Assembly (NCBI GenBank): GCA_965243135.1
Contig: OZ251539.1
Location: 4,544,001 to 4,608,000 of the forward strand
Origin: Alphaproteobacteria bacterium
GTDB taxonomy: Bacteria > Pseudomonadota > Alphaproteobacteria > MPNO01 > UBA830
Length of the DNA stretch: 64,000 bases
Direction: 5' to 3'
Each line of letters begins with the position of its first letter. Positions within the stretch are counted from its first letter, which is position 1. The position numbers and the translations under genes are program-made. The notes below the pieces were generated by a model, which saw only the letters and a list, made by a program, of their open reading frames with translations, was not told the origin of the DNA and searched no databases. Of this stretch, positions 15,629 to 26,634 are shown piece after piece.

Positions 15629-17278
15629 ATGAAGGCGGTCTCTCCCCGCGGACGACTGGCCGAACCGGCCGCCCTCGACCGCGTTCGCGGCCTGCTGGCC
15701 GGAATGCCGCGGAAGCGCGACATGCTGATCGAGGCGCTGCATGTCGTGCAGGATGAATGCCGCTGCCTGTCGCCCGATCATCTCGCGGCGATCGCCCAGG
15801 AATTCCGGCTGTCGCTGGTCGAAGTTTACGAAACCGCCACCTTCTATCACCACTTCGACGTCCTCGCCGACGGCGACGCGCCGCCGCCGGAGATCACGGT
15901 TCGCGTCTGCGATTCGATCGCCTGCGAATTGGCGGGGGCAACCGCGCTTCTTGAAAATCTCCGCGCCCGCTGCGGAAGCGGCGTTCGCGTTCTGCCGGCG
16001 CCCTGCATGGGCGCCTGCGACCGGGCCCCGGCGGTCGCCGTGGGCCGCAACCGGCTCGCGCCTGCCGACGCGACAAGCGTCGCCGACGCCGTCGACGGCA
16101 AACGGACGGCCGCCGCCGTTCCGCGATACGTCGACTACGACGACTATCTCCGCGGCGGCGGCTACCGGATCCTGAAGGAATGCCGAAGCGGCGCGCGAAC
16201 GCCCGAAGACGTGGCGGACGCGCTCGAAAAAGCCGGGCTGCGCGGGCTTGGAGGCGCCGGCTTCCCGACCGGACGCAAGTGGAAAATCGTCGCCGGCCAG
16301 CCGGGACCGCGCCTGATGGCGGTCAACGCCGATGAAGGCGAACCGGGAACGTTCAAGGATCGCCACTTCATGGAGGCCGACCCCCACAGGTTTCTGGAAG
16401 GGGTTCTGATCGGCATGTGGGCCGTGGACGCGGCGGCGTGCTACGTGTATCTGCGCGACGAGTACCCCGCCGTCCGCGAAATCCTCGGCCGCGAGATCGC
16501 GAAACTCGAAGAGGCCCGCCTCCTGGATTCCGGAAAACTTCACCTTCGCCGGGGTGCCGGCGCCTATATCTGCGGAGAAGAGTCGGCGATGCTCGAAAGC
16601 ATCGAAGGCAAGCGGGGCCTCCCCCGCCACAGGCCCCCCTTCGCGGCGGAAGTGGGCCTGTTCGGACGGCCGACGCTCGTCAACAACGTGGAAACCCTCC
16701 ACTGGGTGCGCGACATCCTTGAACGGGGAGCGGCCTGGTTCGCCGGGCACGGTCGGCGGGGCCGCAAGGGCATCCGCACGTTCTCCGTTTCGGGGCGAGT
16801 GCGGAGTCCCGGCGTCAAGATCGCGGAAGCGGGAATCACGGCCCGCGAACTGATCGAAGAATATTGCGGCGGCATGGCGGAGGGGCACCGCTTCAAGGGA
16901 TACCTGCCGGGCGGAGCGTCGGGCGGCATCCTGCCCGCCTCCAAGGCCGACATCCCGCTGGATTTCGGAACGCTGGAGGAGCACGGCTGCCTGATCGGCT
17001 CGGCTGCGGTGGTCGTGCTGTCGGATCGCGACAGCGCCGCCGCGACCGCGTTGAACCTGATGCGGTTCTTCGAAGACGAGTCGTGCGGCCAATGCACGCC
17101 TTGCAGGGCGGGTTGCGAAAAAGCCGTCAAGCTGATGGAACGGCCCGCATGGGACAGGCCGCTGTTGGAGGAGCTCTCGCGCGCGATGGCCGACGCGTCC
17201 ATATGCGGGCTCGGACAGGCGGCGCCGAACGGCCTGCTGTCCGTATTTCGGGATTTTCCGCAGGAGGCGGAGCAATGA
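15629..17278 (+). CDS. NAD-dependent formate dehydrogenase beta subunit (NuoE-NuoF fusion)
   Basis: GLRGLGGAGFPTG, NADEGEPGTFKDR, GAGAYICGEE, ESCGQCTPCR, ICGLG. Confidence 0.92.
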   Translation: MKAVSPRGRLAEPAALDRVRGLLAGMPRKRDMLIEALHVVQDECRCLSPDHLAAIAQEFRLSLVEVYETATFYHHFDVLADGDAPPPEITVRVCDSIACELAGATALLENLRARCGSGVRVLPAPCMGACDRAPAVAVGRNRLAPADATSVADAVDGKRTAAAVPRYVDYDDYLRGGGYRILKECRSGARTPEDVADALEKAGLRGLGGAGFPTGRKWKIVAGQPGPRLMAVNADEGEPGTFKDRHFMEADPHRFLEGVLIGMWAVDAAACYVYLRDEYPAVREILGREIAKLEEARLLDSGKLHLRRGAGAYICGEESAMLESIEGKRGLPRHRPPFAAEVGLFGRPTLVNNVETLHWVRDILERGAAWFAGHGRRGRKGIRTFSVSGRVRSPGVKIAEAGITARELIEEYCGGMAEGHRFKGYLPGGASGGILPASKADIPLDFGTLEEHGCLIGSAAVVVLSDRDSAAATALNLMRFFEDESCGQCTPCRAGCEKAVKLMERPAWDRPLLEELSRAMADASICGLGQAAPNGLLSVFRDFPQEAEQ

Positions 17279-20004
17279 CGGCAAGCGACGGAATTCGCTT
17301 CTCCCTCGACGGACGCCCGGCGGTGGCGCGGCCGGACGAAACCATATGGCAGGTCGCGCGGCGAATGGGGACCGAGATCCCTCATCTCTGCCATGCGCCG
17401 GAACCGGGATATCGCGCCGACGGCAACTGCCGCGCCTGCATGGTCGATATCGAGGGCGAACGCGCGCTCGCGGCTTCCTGCATCCGCCGCCCCTCGGAGG
17501 GCATGACGGTCCGCACCGCAAGCGAGCGAGCGGCGGCGGCGCGGCGCATGGTGTTCGAATTGCTCGCGGCGGACCAGCCGGCGACGGACCGCGACACCGC
17601 GTACAAGCGCTGGGCCGACCGCCTCGGCGTCTCGGGCAGCCGCTTTCCGGCGAGGCCGCCTCCCGCCCCCGACCTTTCCCATCCAGCCATGGCCGTTAAC
17701 CTGGACGCCTGCATCAACTGCACGTTGTGCGTCCGCGCTTGCCGCGAGGTTCAGGTGAACGACGTGATCGGCATGGCCGCCCGCGGAGCGGACGCGCGGA
17801 TCGTATTCGACTTCGACGACCCCATGGGCGACAGCACCTGCGTCGCATGCGGCGAGTGCGTGCAGGCTTGTCCGACCGGCGCCCTGCTGCCGGCCGCCAT
17901 CGCCTCCGAAGACGCGAGCGTCGACCGAACGGTCGATTCCATCTGCCCGTATTGCGGCGTCGGCTGTCAACTCGCGTACCACGTCAAGGACGACAAACTG
18001 TTGTTCGTCGAGGGACGGGACGGCCCCGCCAACCACAAACGGCTCTGCGTCAAAGGCCGGTTCGGCTTCGACTACGTCCATCATCCCCACCGCCTGACGG
18101 TTCCGCTGGTCCGGCGAAGCGGCGCGCCGAAGAGTGCGGATCTGGCTCTGGATCCCGCGGACCCTTCGACCTGCTTCCGCGAAGCGAGTTGGGACGAGGC
18201 GCTGGACGCGGCCACCGCCGGACTGAAGAAGGTCATCGACCGGCATGGCGGGCAGGCGCTGGCGGGCTTCGGCTCCGCGAAGGGGTCCAACGAGGAAGCC
18301 TATCTGTTCCAGAAACTTGTCCGCGCCGGTTTCGGAACCAACAACGTCGATCACTGCACCCGGTTGTGTCACGCATCGTCGGTCGCGGCCCTGATGGAGA
18401 CCGTGAATTCGGGAGCGGTCTCGGCGCCGTTCTCGGAATGCGCCAATTCCGACGTGATCGTCGTCATCGGCGCCAACCCGACCGTCAACCATCCGGTGGC
18501 CGCCACGTTCTTCAAGAACGCGGCGAAGAACGGCGCGAAACTGATCGTCATGGATCCGCGCGGACAGGCGCTGGCGCGGCACGCGACGCACATGGTGAAG
18601 TTCCGGCCGGGCGCCGACGTGGCGTTGCTCAACGCGATGATGCACGCGATCGTCGAAGAAGGCCTGACCGACCGGCAATTCATCGACGGGTACACCGAGG
18701 GGTTCGCCGAAATGGAGGCGCACCTCGCAAAATTCGCGCCGGAGAAAATGACCGCCCACGTCGACGTCGACGCGGACGAGATCCGGCATCTCGCGCGGCT
18801 CTACGCCAAGGCGGAAAACGCCATCATCTTCTGGGGCATGGGCATTTCCCAGCACGTGCACGGCACCGACAACGCCCGTTGCCTGATAGCGCTTTCGCTG
18901 ATGACCGGCCAGATCGGCCGGCCGGGCACCGGACTCCATCCCCTGCGGGGTCAGAACAACGTTCAGGGCGCTTCCGACGTCGGCCTTATCCCGATGATGT
19001 ATCCCTCCTACCGGTCGGTCGCGGATCCCGACGCGCGGGCGGACTTCGAGAAACTCTGGAAAACGCCCCTCGATCCGGCCCCCGGCCTTACGGTCGTCGA
19101 GATCATGAACGCGATCCGCGCCGGGAAAATTCGCGCGATGTACATCATGGGCGAAAACCCGGCCATGTCCGACCCCGACGCGCAGCATGCGCGGGAGGCG
19201 CTCGCGGCGCTCGACCACCTCGTCGTCCAGGACCTCTTCCTGACGGAAACCGCGTTCCATGCCGACGTCGTCCTGCCGGCCAGCGCGTTTCCCGAGAAGG
19301 ACGGGACCTTCACCAACACCAACCGGCAGGTTCAGATGGGACGCAAGGCGCTGCCGCTGCCCGGGGACGCCCGCCAGGATCTCTGGATCATTCAGGAGAT
19401 CGCGCGCCGCATCGGCCTCGACTGGCGGTACGACGGTCCCGCCGACGTCTTTGCGGAAATCCGCGAATGCATCGCGCCGATGCGCGGAATCACTTGGGAC
19501 CGCCTGATGCGGGAGCACTCGGTAACCTATCCGGTCGATCGCGAGGACGAACCCGGCCGCGACGTCATCTTCGAGGACGGATTCCCCACCGCGTCGGGCC
19601 GCGGCAAGTTCGTGCCCGCGGAACTGGAGCCGCCCGACGAACCGCCCGACGACGACTACCCGCTGGTGCTCACGACGGGACGCCTTCTCGAGCATTGGCA
19701 CACCGGCGCCATGACGCGCCGCTCGATAGTTCTCGACGAGATAGAACCCGAAGCGTCGGCGGCGCTCGCGCCGACCGAATTGCGCGAACGCGGAATCGCG
19801 CCGGGCGACAGGATCCGCGTGGAAACCCGCCGCGGCGCGATCGAACTAAGGGCGCGCGCCGACCGCGACGTGCCGGAAGGGATGGTCTTCATCCCGTTCT
19901 GCTACGCGGAAGCCGCCGCCAACGTCTTGACCAATCCGGCGCTCGACCCGGTCGGCAAGATTCCGGAGTTCAAGCTGTGCGCCGCGCGCATCGCCGCCGC
20001 ATGA
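17275..20004 (+). CDS. fdhF: Formate dehydrogenase alpha subunit (Mo/W-bisPGD, Cys ligand)
   Basis: 2Fe-2S and 4Fe-4S motifs, CPYCGVGC, DHCTRLCHASS, PLRGQNNVQGASD. Confidence 0.95.
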   Translation: MTASDGIRFSLDGRPAVARPDETIWQVARRMGTEIPHLCHAPEPGYRADGNCRACMVDIEGERALAASCIRRPSEGMTVRTASERAAAARRMVFELLAADQPATDRDTAYKRWADRLGVSGSRFPARPPPAPDLSHPAMAVNLDACINCTLCVRACREVQVNDVIGMAARGADARIVFDFDDPMGDSTCVACGECVQACPTGALLPAAIASEDASVDRTVDSICPYCGVGCQLAYHVKDDKLLFVEGRDGPANHKRLCVKGRFGFDYVHHPHRLTVPLVRRSGAPKSADLALDPADPSTCFREASWDEALDAATAGLKKVIDRHGGQALAGFGSAKGSNEEAYLFQKLVRAGFGTNNVDHCTRLCHASSVAALMETVNSGAVSAPFSECANSDVIVVIGANPTVNHPVAATFFKNAAKNGAKLIVMDPRGQALARHATHMVKFRPGADVALLNAMMHAIVEEGLTDRQFIDGYTEGFAEMEAHLAKFAPEKMTAHVDVDADEIRHLARLYAKAENAIIFWGMGISQHVHGTDNARCLIALSLMTGQIGRPGTGLHPLRGQNNVQGASDVGLIPMMYPSYRSVADPDARADFEKLWKTPLDPAPGLTVVEIMNAIRAGKIRAMYIMGENPAMSDPDAQHAREALAALDHLVVQDLFLTETAFHADVVLPASAFPEKDGTFTNTNRQVQMGRKALPLPGDARQDLWIIQEIARRIGLDWRYDGPADVFAEIRECIAPMRGITWDRLMREHSVTYPVDREDEPGRDVIFEDGFPTASGRGKFVPAELEPPDEPPDDDYPLVLTTGRLLEHWHTGAMTRRSIVLDEIEPEASAALAPTELRERGIAPGDRIRVETRRGAIELRARADRDVPEGMVFIPFCYAEAAANVLTNPALDPVGKIPEFKLCAARIAAA

Positions 20005-20007
20005 ACC

Positions 20008-20715
20008 TCACGAATTCGGCAATATCGTCGTCCGATCGAAATTGAGCGGAATCGCGTCCGCCGAAAAGGAAGCCGTGCGCGCGCGCCGCAGATCCGCATC
20101 GTCCATATGTTCCCGGATGAACGCGTCCAGATCGGCGCCGGGAGCGAGCCGGTCGCGGGCCAGGGAAAGAATTTCGGTCTGGGACCTGGCCGGCAGAACC
20201 CTGCCTTCGGCCGAAATCTCGGCGAGAGCCACCGGCGCGGCCCCTGAGTTAACGCAGCCGACGGTCGCGCTGTAGGACCAAGCGGTGCGCAGAACTTCTC
20301 CGGTTTCCGGTATTTCGACCCGGATTCCGTCGAGGCGGTCGAAGCTGTAGCTGCGCTCCGTCTCGTGCATGCGCTCGAGTTGCGCATCGTCGAGCCACAG
20401 CACATGGGCCGCGACGACGGCGCCGGGCGACGCGTAATAGGTCGCCGGGATCGAGCCGTAATGCGCGAAGTGGGCGGCATAGACCGTGTCGAAATCGTGA
20501 AGGACCGCTTTCTGCACCGGTATCACGGCGGAAACGTTCGCGTATTTGCGGGCGATCTGCTCGAAGGATTGGTTGGATCCGGCCGCGAGCACCGGGAGGC
20601 GTTCGCTTCGGTCGAAGCCGTCCAGCGGATCCGGAGATCCATCTCGAAAAAGATAGGATCGTCCGAGAACCGGAAACGGGTAGGATTTCGCGTGCGCAAC
20701 GGGGTCGTAGGTCAA
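20008..20715 (-). CDS. Hypothetical protein, gamma-glutamylcyclotransferase-like fold suspected
   Basis: PVLAAGSN, YGSIPAT, QLERMHETE; protein-like composition. Confidence 0.7.
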   Translation of the reverse strand: MTYDPVAHAKSYPFPVLGRSYLFRDGSPDPLDGFDRSERLPVLAAGSNQSFEQIARKYANVSAVIPVQKAVLHDFDTVYAAHFAHYGSIPATYYASPGAVVAAHVLWLDDAQLERMHETERSYSFDRLDGIRVEIPETGEVLRTAWSYSATVGCVNSGAAPVALAEISAEGRVLPARSQTEILSLARDRLAPGADLDAFIREHMDDADLRRARTASFSADAIPLNFDRTTILPNS

Positions 20716-21188
20716 GACGGTCGCCTCTCGACGGCAAGAATGAAGGAGTATTGGCGCACGGCTTGGCGCTCACCGCCCCGGAGTCCGCCTCATCGTGCCC
20801 GGAATGAATGAATCCCGACAATTGCCCGGCCTCCGGCCATTTTACGGAGGCCGGACGTGGACTTCATCCAGAGACATCGCGTTTCCGCGGGGCGCTGTCA
20901 AACCGGGGCAACCTTGAACGGCCTGCGCTGTTTTTGACCGGCGGCCGCCTTTCACGCCGCTCCCGGCGGCGCGCTCACTTTTCCGCGGTCCGCAACGTCG
21001 CCGCGCTGCGCGCCTGACGGCCGAGCTTTTCGAAACGCTTGCGTCGCCGGGGGCGCGTCAAGCGCAACGCGGGCGGTCCCTGCCGCGAGGGCAGCACGGG
21101 TTGGCCGGCAAGTTAACGCGCCGGGCGGCGACTTCGAACTCCGGCTCGCTTGACCGGTACCGGCATCCTCGTGCACAAACGCCGGGCC

Positions 21189-22727
21189 ATGGCCTACGCC
21201 AACCTGCGAGAGTTCGTCGACCGGCTCGAACGCGAGAAACGGCTCGTCCGCGTGACCTCGCCCGTCTCCACCGTGCTGGAAATGACCGAGATCCAGACCC
21301 GCCTGCTGGCGGAAGAAGGTCCCGCGGTGCTGTTCGAAAACCCGACGGACGCGAACGGCGCGCCGCATGCGATGCCGGTGCTCGCGAACCTCTTCGGCAC
21401 CGTCGAACGGGTCGCATGGGGCATGGGCCGGACGCCCGAACGGCTGCGCGAACTCGGAGAAACCCTCGCCTTCCTGCGCCAGCCCGAACCGCCGGGCGGC
21501 TGGCGGGACGCCGTCGAAATGCTCCCCCTGCTGAAGTCCGCCATGGCCATGACGCCGCGCGCCGCGTCGCGGGCGCCCTGCCAGGAAATCGTCCTCGAAG
21601 GAGACGACGTCGATCTCGGGCGCCTGCCGGTCCAGACATGCTGGCCGGGGGAACCGGCGCCGCTGATCACCTGGCCCCTCGTCGTGACCGAAGGCGCGGA
21701 GGGAAAGGCGAACGTCGGCATCTACCGGATGCAGGTGACGGGCCGCGACACGGCGCTGATGCGCTGGCTCGCCCATCGCGGCGGCGCGCGGCACGCGGGG
21801 GAGGCCGCGCGGGCGGGCAGAACCGGCATTCCCGTGGCCGCGGTGATCGGCGCCGACCCCGCCACCGTCATCGCCGCCGTCGCGCCCGTCCCGGAAACCA
21901 TGTCCGAATTCCAGTTCGCCGGACTCCTGCGCAATTCGAAGGTGACGCTCGCCGATTGCAAAACCGTGCCGCTCAAGGTTCCGGCGGAAGCGGAAATCGT
22001 TCTCGAAGGCCATGTGCGCCTCGACGAAAGCGGTCTCGAAGGCCCCTACGGCGACCATACGGGCTACTACAACGCCGCCGAACGGTTCCCCGTCTTCCGG
22101 ATTTCGGCGATCACGATGCGCAGGGATCCGATCTACCTCACGACCTTCACCGGACGACCGCCCGACGAGCCGTCCGTGCTCGGCCGGGCGCTCAACGACG
22201 TCTTCGCGCCGCTCCTGATTCGGCAGTTTCCCGAAATCGTCGATTTCTGGCTGCCTCCGGAAGCCTGCTCCTACCGTCTAGCCGTGGTTTCCATCAAAAA
22301 GGAATACCCGGGCCACGCAAGGCGGATCATGATGGGGCTGTGGTCTTGCCTCAGGCAATTCATGTATACCAAGTTCGTGATCGTCGTGGATCACGATGTC
22401 GATCCGCGCCGCTGGGACGACGTGATCTGGGCGATCGCCACCAATGTCGACGCAGCCCGCGACATCGCCGTAATCGAGGGGACGCCGATCGACTACCTCG
22501 ATTTCGCGTCGCCGGCGGCCGGGCTGGGCGCCAAGATGGGGATCGACGCGACCGCCAAGATCCCGCCCGAAACCGAGCGGGAATGGGGGCGGCGCATCCG
22601 CATGACCGACGACGTGATCGAGGAGGTCACGCGAAAGTGGCGCGAATACGGCCTGCCGGGAAACGGCAGGCCGATCTGGAAAGCCGAGCCCGGCGCGCCG
22701 CCGGGAAGAGAGGGCGCATGCAGCTGA
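21189..22727 (+). CDS. ubiD: UbiD-family decarboxylase
   Basis: [36 protein letters not shown]. Confidence 0.95.
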   Translation: MAYANLREFVDRLEREKRLVRVTSPVSTVLEMTEIQTRLLAEEGPAVLFENPTDANGAPHAMPVLANLFGTVERVAWGMGRTPERLRELGETLAFLRQPEPPGGWRDAVEMLPLLKSAMAMTPRAASRAPCQEIVLEGDDVDLGRLPVQTCWPGEPAPLITWPLVVTEGAEGKANVGIYRMQVTGRDTALMRWLAHRGGARHAGEAARAGRTGIPVAAVIGADPATVIAAVAPVPETMSEFQFAGLLRNSKVTLADCKTVPLKVPAEAEIVLEGHVRLDESGLEGPYGDHTGYYNAAERFPVFRISAITMRRDPIYLTTFTGRPPDEPSVLGRALNDVFAPLLIRQFPEIVDFWLPPEACSYRLAVVSIKKEYPGHARRIMMGLWSCLRQFMYTKFVIVVDHDVDPRRWDDVIWAIATNVDAARDIAVIEGTPIDYLDFASPAAGLGAKMGIDATAKIPPETEREWGRRIRMTDDVIEEVTRKWREYGLPGNGRPIWKAEPGAPPGREGACS

Positions 22728-24046
22728 CGCTTCTGTCCGACCTGATCGAAGCCGCCCGCAAGGCCGGAGCGGACGCGGCGGATGCCGCGGCGTTCAACGC
22801 GGCTTCCGTATCCGTGGCCTGGCGTCTCGGCAAGCTGGAGAAGCTGGAACGCTCGGAAAGCTGCGATCTCGGGCTTCGCGTTTTCGTCGGCAAGCGGCAG
22901 GCGACGGTGTCGTCGACGGATTTCAAGCCGGAGACGCTTAAGGAGGTCGTGGACCGCGCCGTGGCGATGGCCAAGGCGGCGCCGGAAGATCCCTATTGCG
23001 GCCTCGCCGAACCGGAGCAGATCGCCGTCGAGCCGCCCGCGATCGACATCTGCGACGGTCTGGAACCCGACACGCAAGCTTTGATCGACGATGTCCGCGA
23101 GGCCGAGGACGCCGCGCGTTCGGTTCCCGGAGTGACGAATTCGGAGGGATCGGAAGCCGGCTGGAGCCGGGCCGAGATCGCAATGGCCGCGACCAACGGA
23201 TTCGCCCGAACCTACGCCACGTCCAGCCACAGCCTGGCCGCATCCGTGCTAGCGGGCGAGGGCCTGGAAATGGAACGGGACTACGATTTCACGACAGCGG
23301 TTTACCGTTCGGATCTGGAAGCGCCGGCCGCGATCGGACGCAACGCCGGCGAACGGGCCGTGAAGCGCCTGAACGCGGCCAAGGTCGAAACGCAACAGGT
23401 TCCCGTAGTGTACGACCCGCGGGTCTCGGGCGGCCTCGTCCGCCACGCGGCAAGCGGCATCAACGGCGCGGCGATCGCGCGCGGCACGTCCTTTCTGAAG
23501 GATTCGATGGGCGAAAGGATCTTTCCGGAAGGCGTCGCCGTCGTCGACGACCCGCACCGCGTCCGCGGCCTGCGCTCCAAGCCCTTCGACGGCGAAGGAC
23601 TCCCGAACGCCCGCCGGGTTCTCTTCGAAAACGGCTCGCTCAAGACCTGGATCCTCGACCTTGCCTCGGCGAGGCAGCTCGGCCTTCAATCCACCGGCCA
23701 TGCCGCGCGCGGCACCGCCACGCCGCCCTCTCCCGCGGCCACCAACCTATACATGGAAGCGGGATCGCAAACGCCGGAAGAACTTCTCGGCGACATCAAG
23801 AACGGATTCTACGTGACCGAACTCATCGGCATGGGCGTGAACGTGGTGACCGGAGATTACAGCCGGGGCGCGAGCGGCTTCTGGATCGAGAACGGAGAGA
23901 TAACGCGCCCCGTCAGCGAAATGACCATCGCGGGCAACCTGAAGAACATGTTCGCCGCGCTCACGCCGGCGAACGATCTCGCCTTCCGGTTCGGCGTCGA
24001 CGCGCCCACGATCCGCGTCGACGGAATGACCGTCGCCGGAGTTTAG
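22718..24046 (+). CDS. pmbA: TldD/PmbA-family protein
   Basis: [38 protein letters not shown]. Confidence 0.93.
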   Translation: MQLTLLSDLIEAARKAGADAADAAAFNAASVSVAWRLGKLEKLERSESCDLGLRVFVGKRQATVSSTDFKPETLKEVVDRAVAMAKAAPEDPYCGLAEPEQIAVEPPAIDICDGLEPDTQALIDDVREAEDAARSVPGVTNSEGSEAGWSRAEIAMAATNGFARTYATSSHSLAASVLAGEGLEMERDYDFTTAVYRSDLEAPAAIGRNAGERAVKRLNAAKVETQQVPVVYDPRVSGGLVRHAASGINGAAIARGTSFLKDSMGERIFPEGVAVVDDPHRVRGLRSKPFDGEGLPNARRVLFENGSLKTWILDLASARQLGLQSTGHAARGTATPPSPAATNLYMEAGSQTPEELLGDIKNGFYVTELIGMGVNVVTGDYSRGASGFWIENGEITRPVSEMTIAGNLKNMFAALTPANDLAFRFGVDAPTIRVDGMTVAGV

Positions 24047-24119
24047 CCGCGATTTTCTGGAAACACGGGGTTGCCGGCTCGTGCTATTCTGAAGCGCCGA
24101 CGGCCGCACGGAACGAATC

Positions 24120-25922
24120 TTGCCGAACGACTCGCGCCATTCCGGTCAGGAACTGAAGGATACCGGCCACGCCTCTTCGCGGGCGCTGGTCGAGCGCCTG
24201 GCCCGCGAACAGCTCGTCCCGCAACGACTGCGGATCGCGGCGGCCGCCGCCTGCATGATCCTCGTCGCCGCGGCGACGGCCGGCATGGTCTACCTGACGG
24301 GGCCCGTCATCGACGACGTGCTGATAGCCAGGGACCGGCAGATGCTTTACCTGGTGCCCGCCGTCGTCGTCGCGCTCGCCTTGCTCGGAGGAACGGCCGG
24401 ATACGCGGAAGCCGTCCTGATGGACCTCATCGGCCACCGCATGACGGCGAACCTCCAGGCGTCGATGTACGGCAGGACGATCCGCGCGGATCTCAGATTC
24501 TTTCACGACAACGCGGTTGGCCGGCTGGTCTCGCGGTTCATCAACGACGCGAACATGCTGCGCCATTCCGTGGCGAGGGCTCTGACCGGCCTCGTCAAGG
24601 ATTCGCTGACCGTTGCCGGCCTGCTCGCCGTTCTGTTCGTTAACAATTGGTTCCTCGCTTTTCTGACCGTGATCGTCTTCCCCGCATCGCTTTATCCGAT
24701 CGTGCGCATCGGCCGGCGGCTGCGGAAGATTTCCCGGAACACCCAGATCGAAACCGGCGAACTGACGACGCTGCTCGACGAAACCTTCCAGGGCGCCCGC
24801 CACGTGAAGGCGTACACGATGGAGGCGCACGAGACCTCCCGCGCGGCACGGGCGATCGAGACGGTCTACGACCTCTCGCGCAAGGCGGCGCGGGTGCAGG
24901 CCATCAGCCGGCCCCTGATGGAAACCCTGGGCGGCGTCGCGTTGGCTCTGGCGGTCTTCTACGGCGGCTTTCTGGTCATCGAAGGCACGATGACCGCCGG
25001 ATCCCTAGGCACGTTCATGGTCGCCCTGATCGCCGCCTACAAGCCGATGAAGAGCATCGCCAGCCTGAACGCAACGCTGCAGACGGGACTCGCCGCGGCG
25101 CAGCGGGTCTTCGACCTCCTCGACCGCAAGCCGTCGATCAACGACCGGGCCGGCGCGGAGCCGATCGGGACGGTCCGCGGCGAGATACGTTTCGAGGGCG
25201 TCTCCTTCAGCTACACGCCCGAAAGCGCCGCCCTCGACGGCATCGACCTCGACATCCCCGCCGGCGCCACGATCGCGCTGGTCGGCCCGTCCGGCGCGGG
25301 CAAGTCGACTGTCCTGAACCTCATACCGAGATTCTTCGACGCGGACCGCGGCGCGGTTCTGATAGACGGCCGCGACGTGCGCGACGTCACGCTCGGCAGC
25401 CTGCGCCGCAGCATCGCGCTGGTCAGCCAGGAGATATCCCTGTTCGACGAGACCGTTCGCGCCAACATCGCGTACGGCCGGCCCGCGGCGAGCGAAGCCG
25501 AGATCGCGGCGGCGGCCCGGAACGCCGGAGCGCACGAATTCATCATGGCGCTGCCGGACGGCTACGAAACCCGCGTCGGCGGGCGCGGAGTCAGGCTTTC
25601 GGGCGGCCAGCGGCAACGGATCGCCATCGCCCGCGCCATGATAAAGAACGCGCCGATCCTGCTGCTCGACGAAGCCACGTCGGCCCTCGACGCCGAAGCG
25701 GAACGAGTCGTCCAGGCGGCGCTGGCCCGCCTCAAGAAGGGCCGCACGACCGTGGTGATCGCCCACCGGCTGTCGACCATCGCCGACGCCGACGGCATCG
25801 TCGTCATGCAGAACGGCCGGATCGTCGAAACCGGCACTCATGCGGAACTGGTGACCAGCGGCGGCGCCTTCGCCCGCATGTTGCAGTTCGGCGGGGAAAC
25901 CCCCGCGCGGGCGAGCGCCTGA
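24120..25922 (+). CDS. msbA: Lipid A export ABC transporter
   Basis: TM domain + GPSGAGKS, LSGGQRQR, LLLDEATSALD; upstream of waaA/lpxK. Confidence 0.88.
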   Translation: MPNDSRHSGQELKDTGHASSRALVERLAREQLVPQRLRIAAAAACMILVAAATAGMVYLTGPVIDDVLIARDRQMLYLVPAVVVALALLGGTAGYAEAVLMDLIGHRMTANLQASMYGRTIRADLRFFHDNAVGRLVSRFINDANMLRHSVARALTGLVKDSLTVAGLLAVLFVNNWFLAFLTVIVFPASLYPIVRIGRRLRKISRNTQIETGELTTLLDETFQGARHVKAYTMEAHETSRAARAIETVYDLSRKAARVQAISRPLMETLGGVALALAVFYGGFLVIEGTMTAGSLGTFMVALIAAYKPMKSIASLNATLQTGLAAAQRVFDLLDRKPSINDRAGAEPIGTVRGEIRFEGVSFSYTPESAALDGIDLDIPAGATIALVGPSGAGKSTVLNLIPRFFDADRGAVLIDGRDVRDVTLGSLRRSIALVSQEISLFDETVRANIAYGRPAASEAEIAAAARNAGAHEFIMALPDGYETRVGGRGVRLSGGQRQRIAIARAMIKNAPILLLDEATSALDAEAERVVQAALARLKKGRTTVVIAHRLSTIADADGIVVMQNGRIVETGTHAELVTSGGAFARMLQFGGETPARASA

Positions 25923-25923
25923 C

Positions 25924-26634
25924 ATGGCCGCGGCGAAACGCCTGCTCCGCCGTCCCGCCGTCAACGCGGCGGCGGGCTGGCTCGCCGCCAAATATCTCCT
26001 GCTTGTCAAGGCGAGCAGCCGTTTCCGCATCGAGAACGGCGAGACGGTGACCGATTGCATCGATTCCGGCCGGCCGTTCATCATTTGCTTCTGGCACGGC
26101 CGGATGCTGTCGATTCCGGTCGCCGACATGTGCGGCGCGCCGATCAACGCTCTGGTCTCCTTCCACAGGGACGGGCTTTTTCTTTCGGGGGTGCTGCGGC
26201 GCCTGGGCATCAACACGATCTCTGGTTCGAGTTCGCGCGGCGGCGCGAACGCGTTGAAGGGCGTGATCCGGGCGCTTCGGCGGGGCGAGCCGGTCGCGAT
26301 CACGCCGGACGGGCCGCGCGGCCCCCGCATGCGGGCATCGCCGGGCGCGGTGCTTGCCGCGAAGCTTTCGGGCGCGCCGCTTCTCCCGGTGTCGGGCGGC
26401 TTGACGCGGCGCCGCGTCTTCCGCTCGTGGGACCGCTTCATGCTGCCGCATCCCTTCACGCGCGCGCTCGTTCGCTTCGGCCGTCCGATGGAGGTGTCGG
26501 CGACCGCCGACGAACGGGAACTCGACGAGGCGCGACGACGCCTGGAACGCGAACTCAATCGCCTCTCCCGCGAAATCGACGCCGAACTCGGCGTCGAAAC
26601 GGTCGAACCGGCGGAGGAGGCCGTTCCGGCATGA
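25924..26634 (+). CDS. DUF374 lysophospholipid acyltransferase-family protein
   Basis: FWHGR, S.HRDG, GSSSRGG, ITPDGPRGP. Confidence 0.9.
   Translation: MAAAKRLLRRPAVNAAAGWLAAKYLLLVKASSRFRIENGETVTDCIDSGRPFIICFWHGRMLSIPVADMCGAPINALVSFHRDGLFLSGVLRRLGINTISGSSSRGGANALKGVIRALRRGEPVAITPDGPRGPRMRASPGAVLAAKLSGAPLLPVSGGLTRRRVFRSWDRFMLPHPFTRALVRFGRPMEVSATADERELDEARRRLERELNRLSREIDAELGVETVEPAEEAVPA

Noticed and set aside
17275-20004. Selenocysteine in FDH
   Set aside because: Active site reads RLCHASS with a Cys codon; no in-frame TGA
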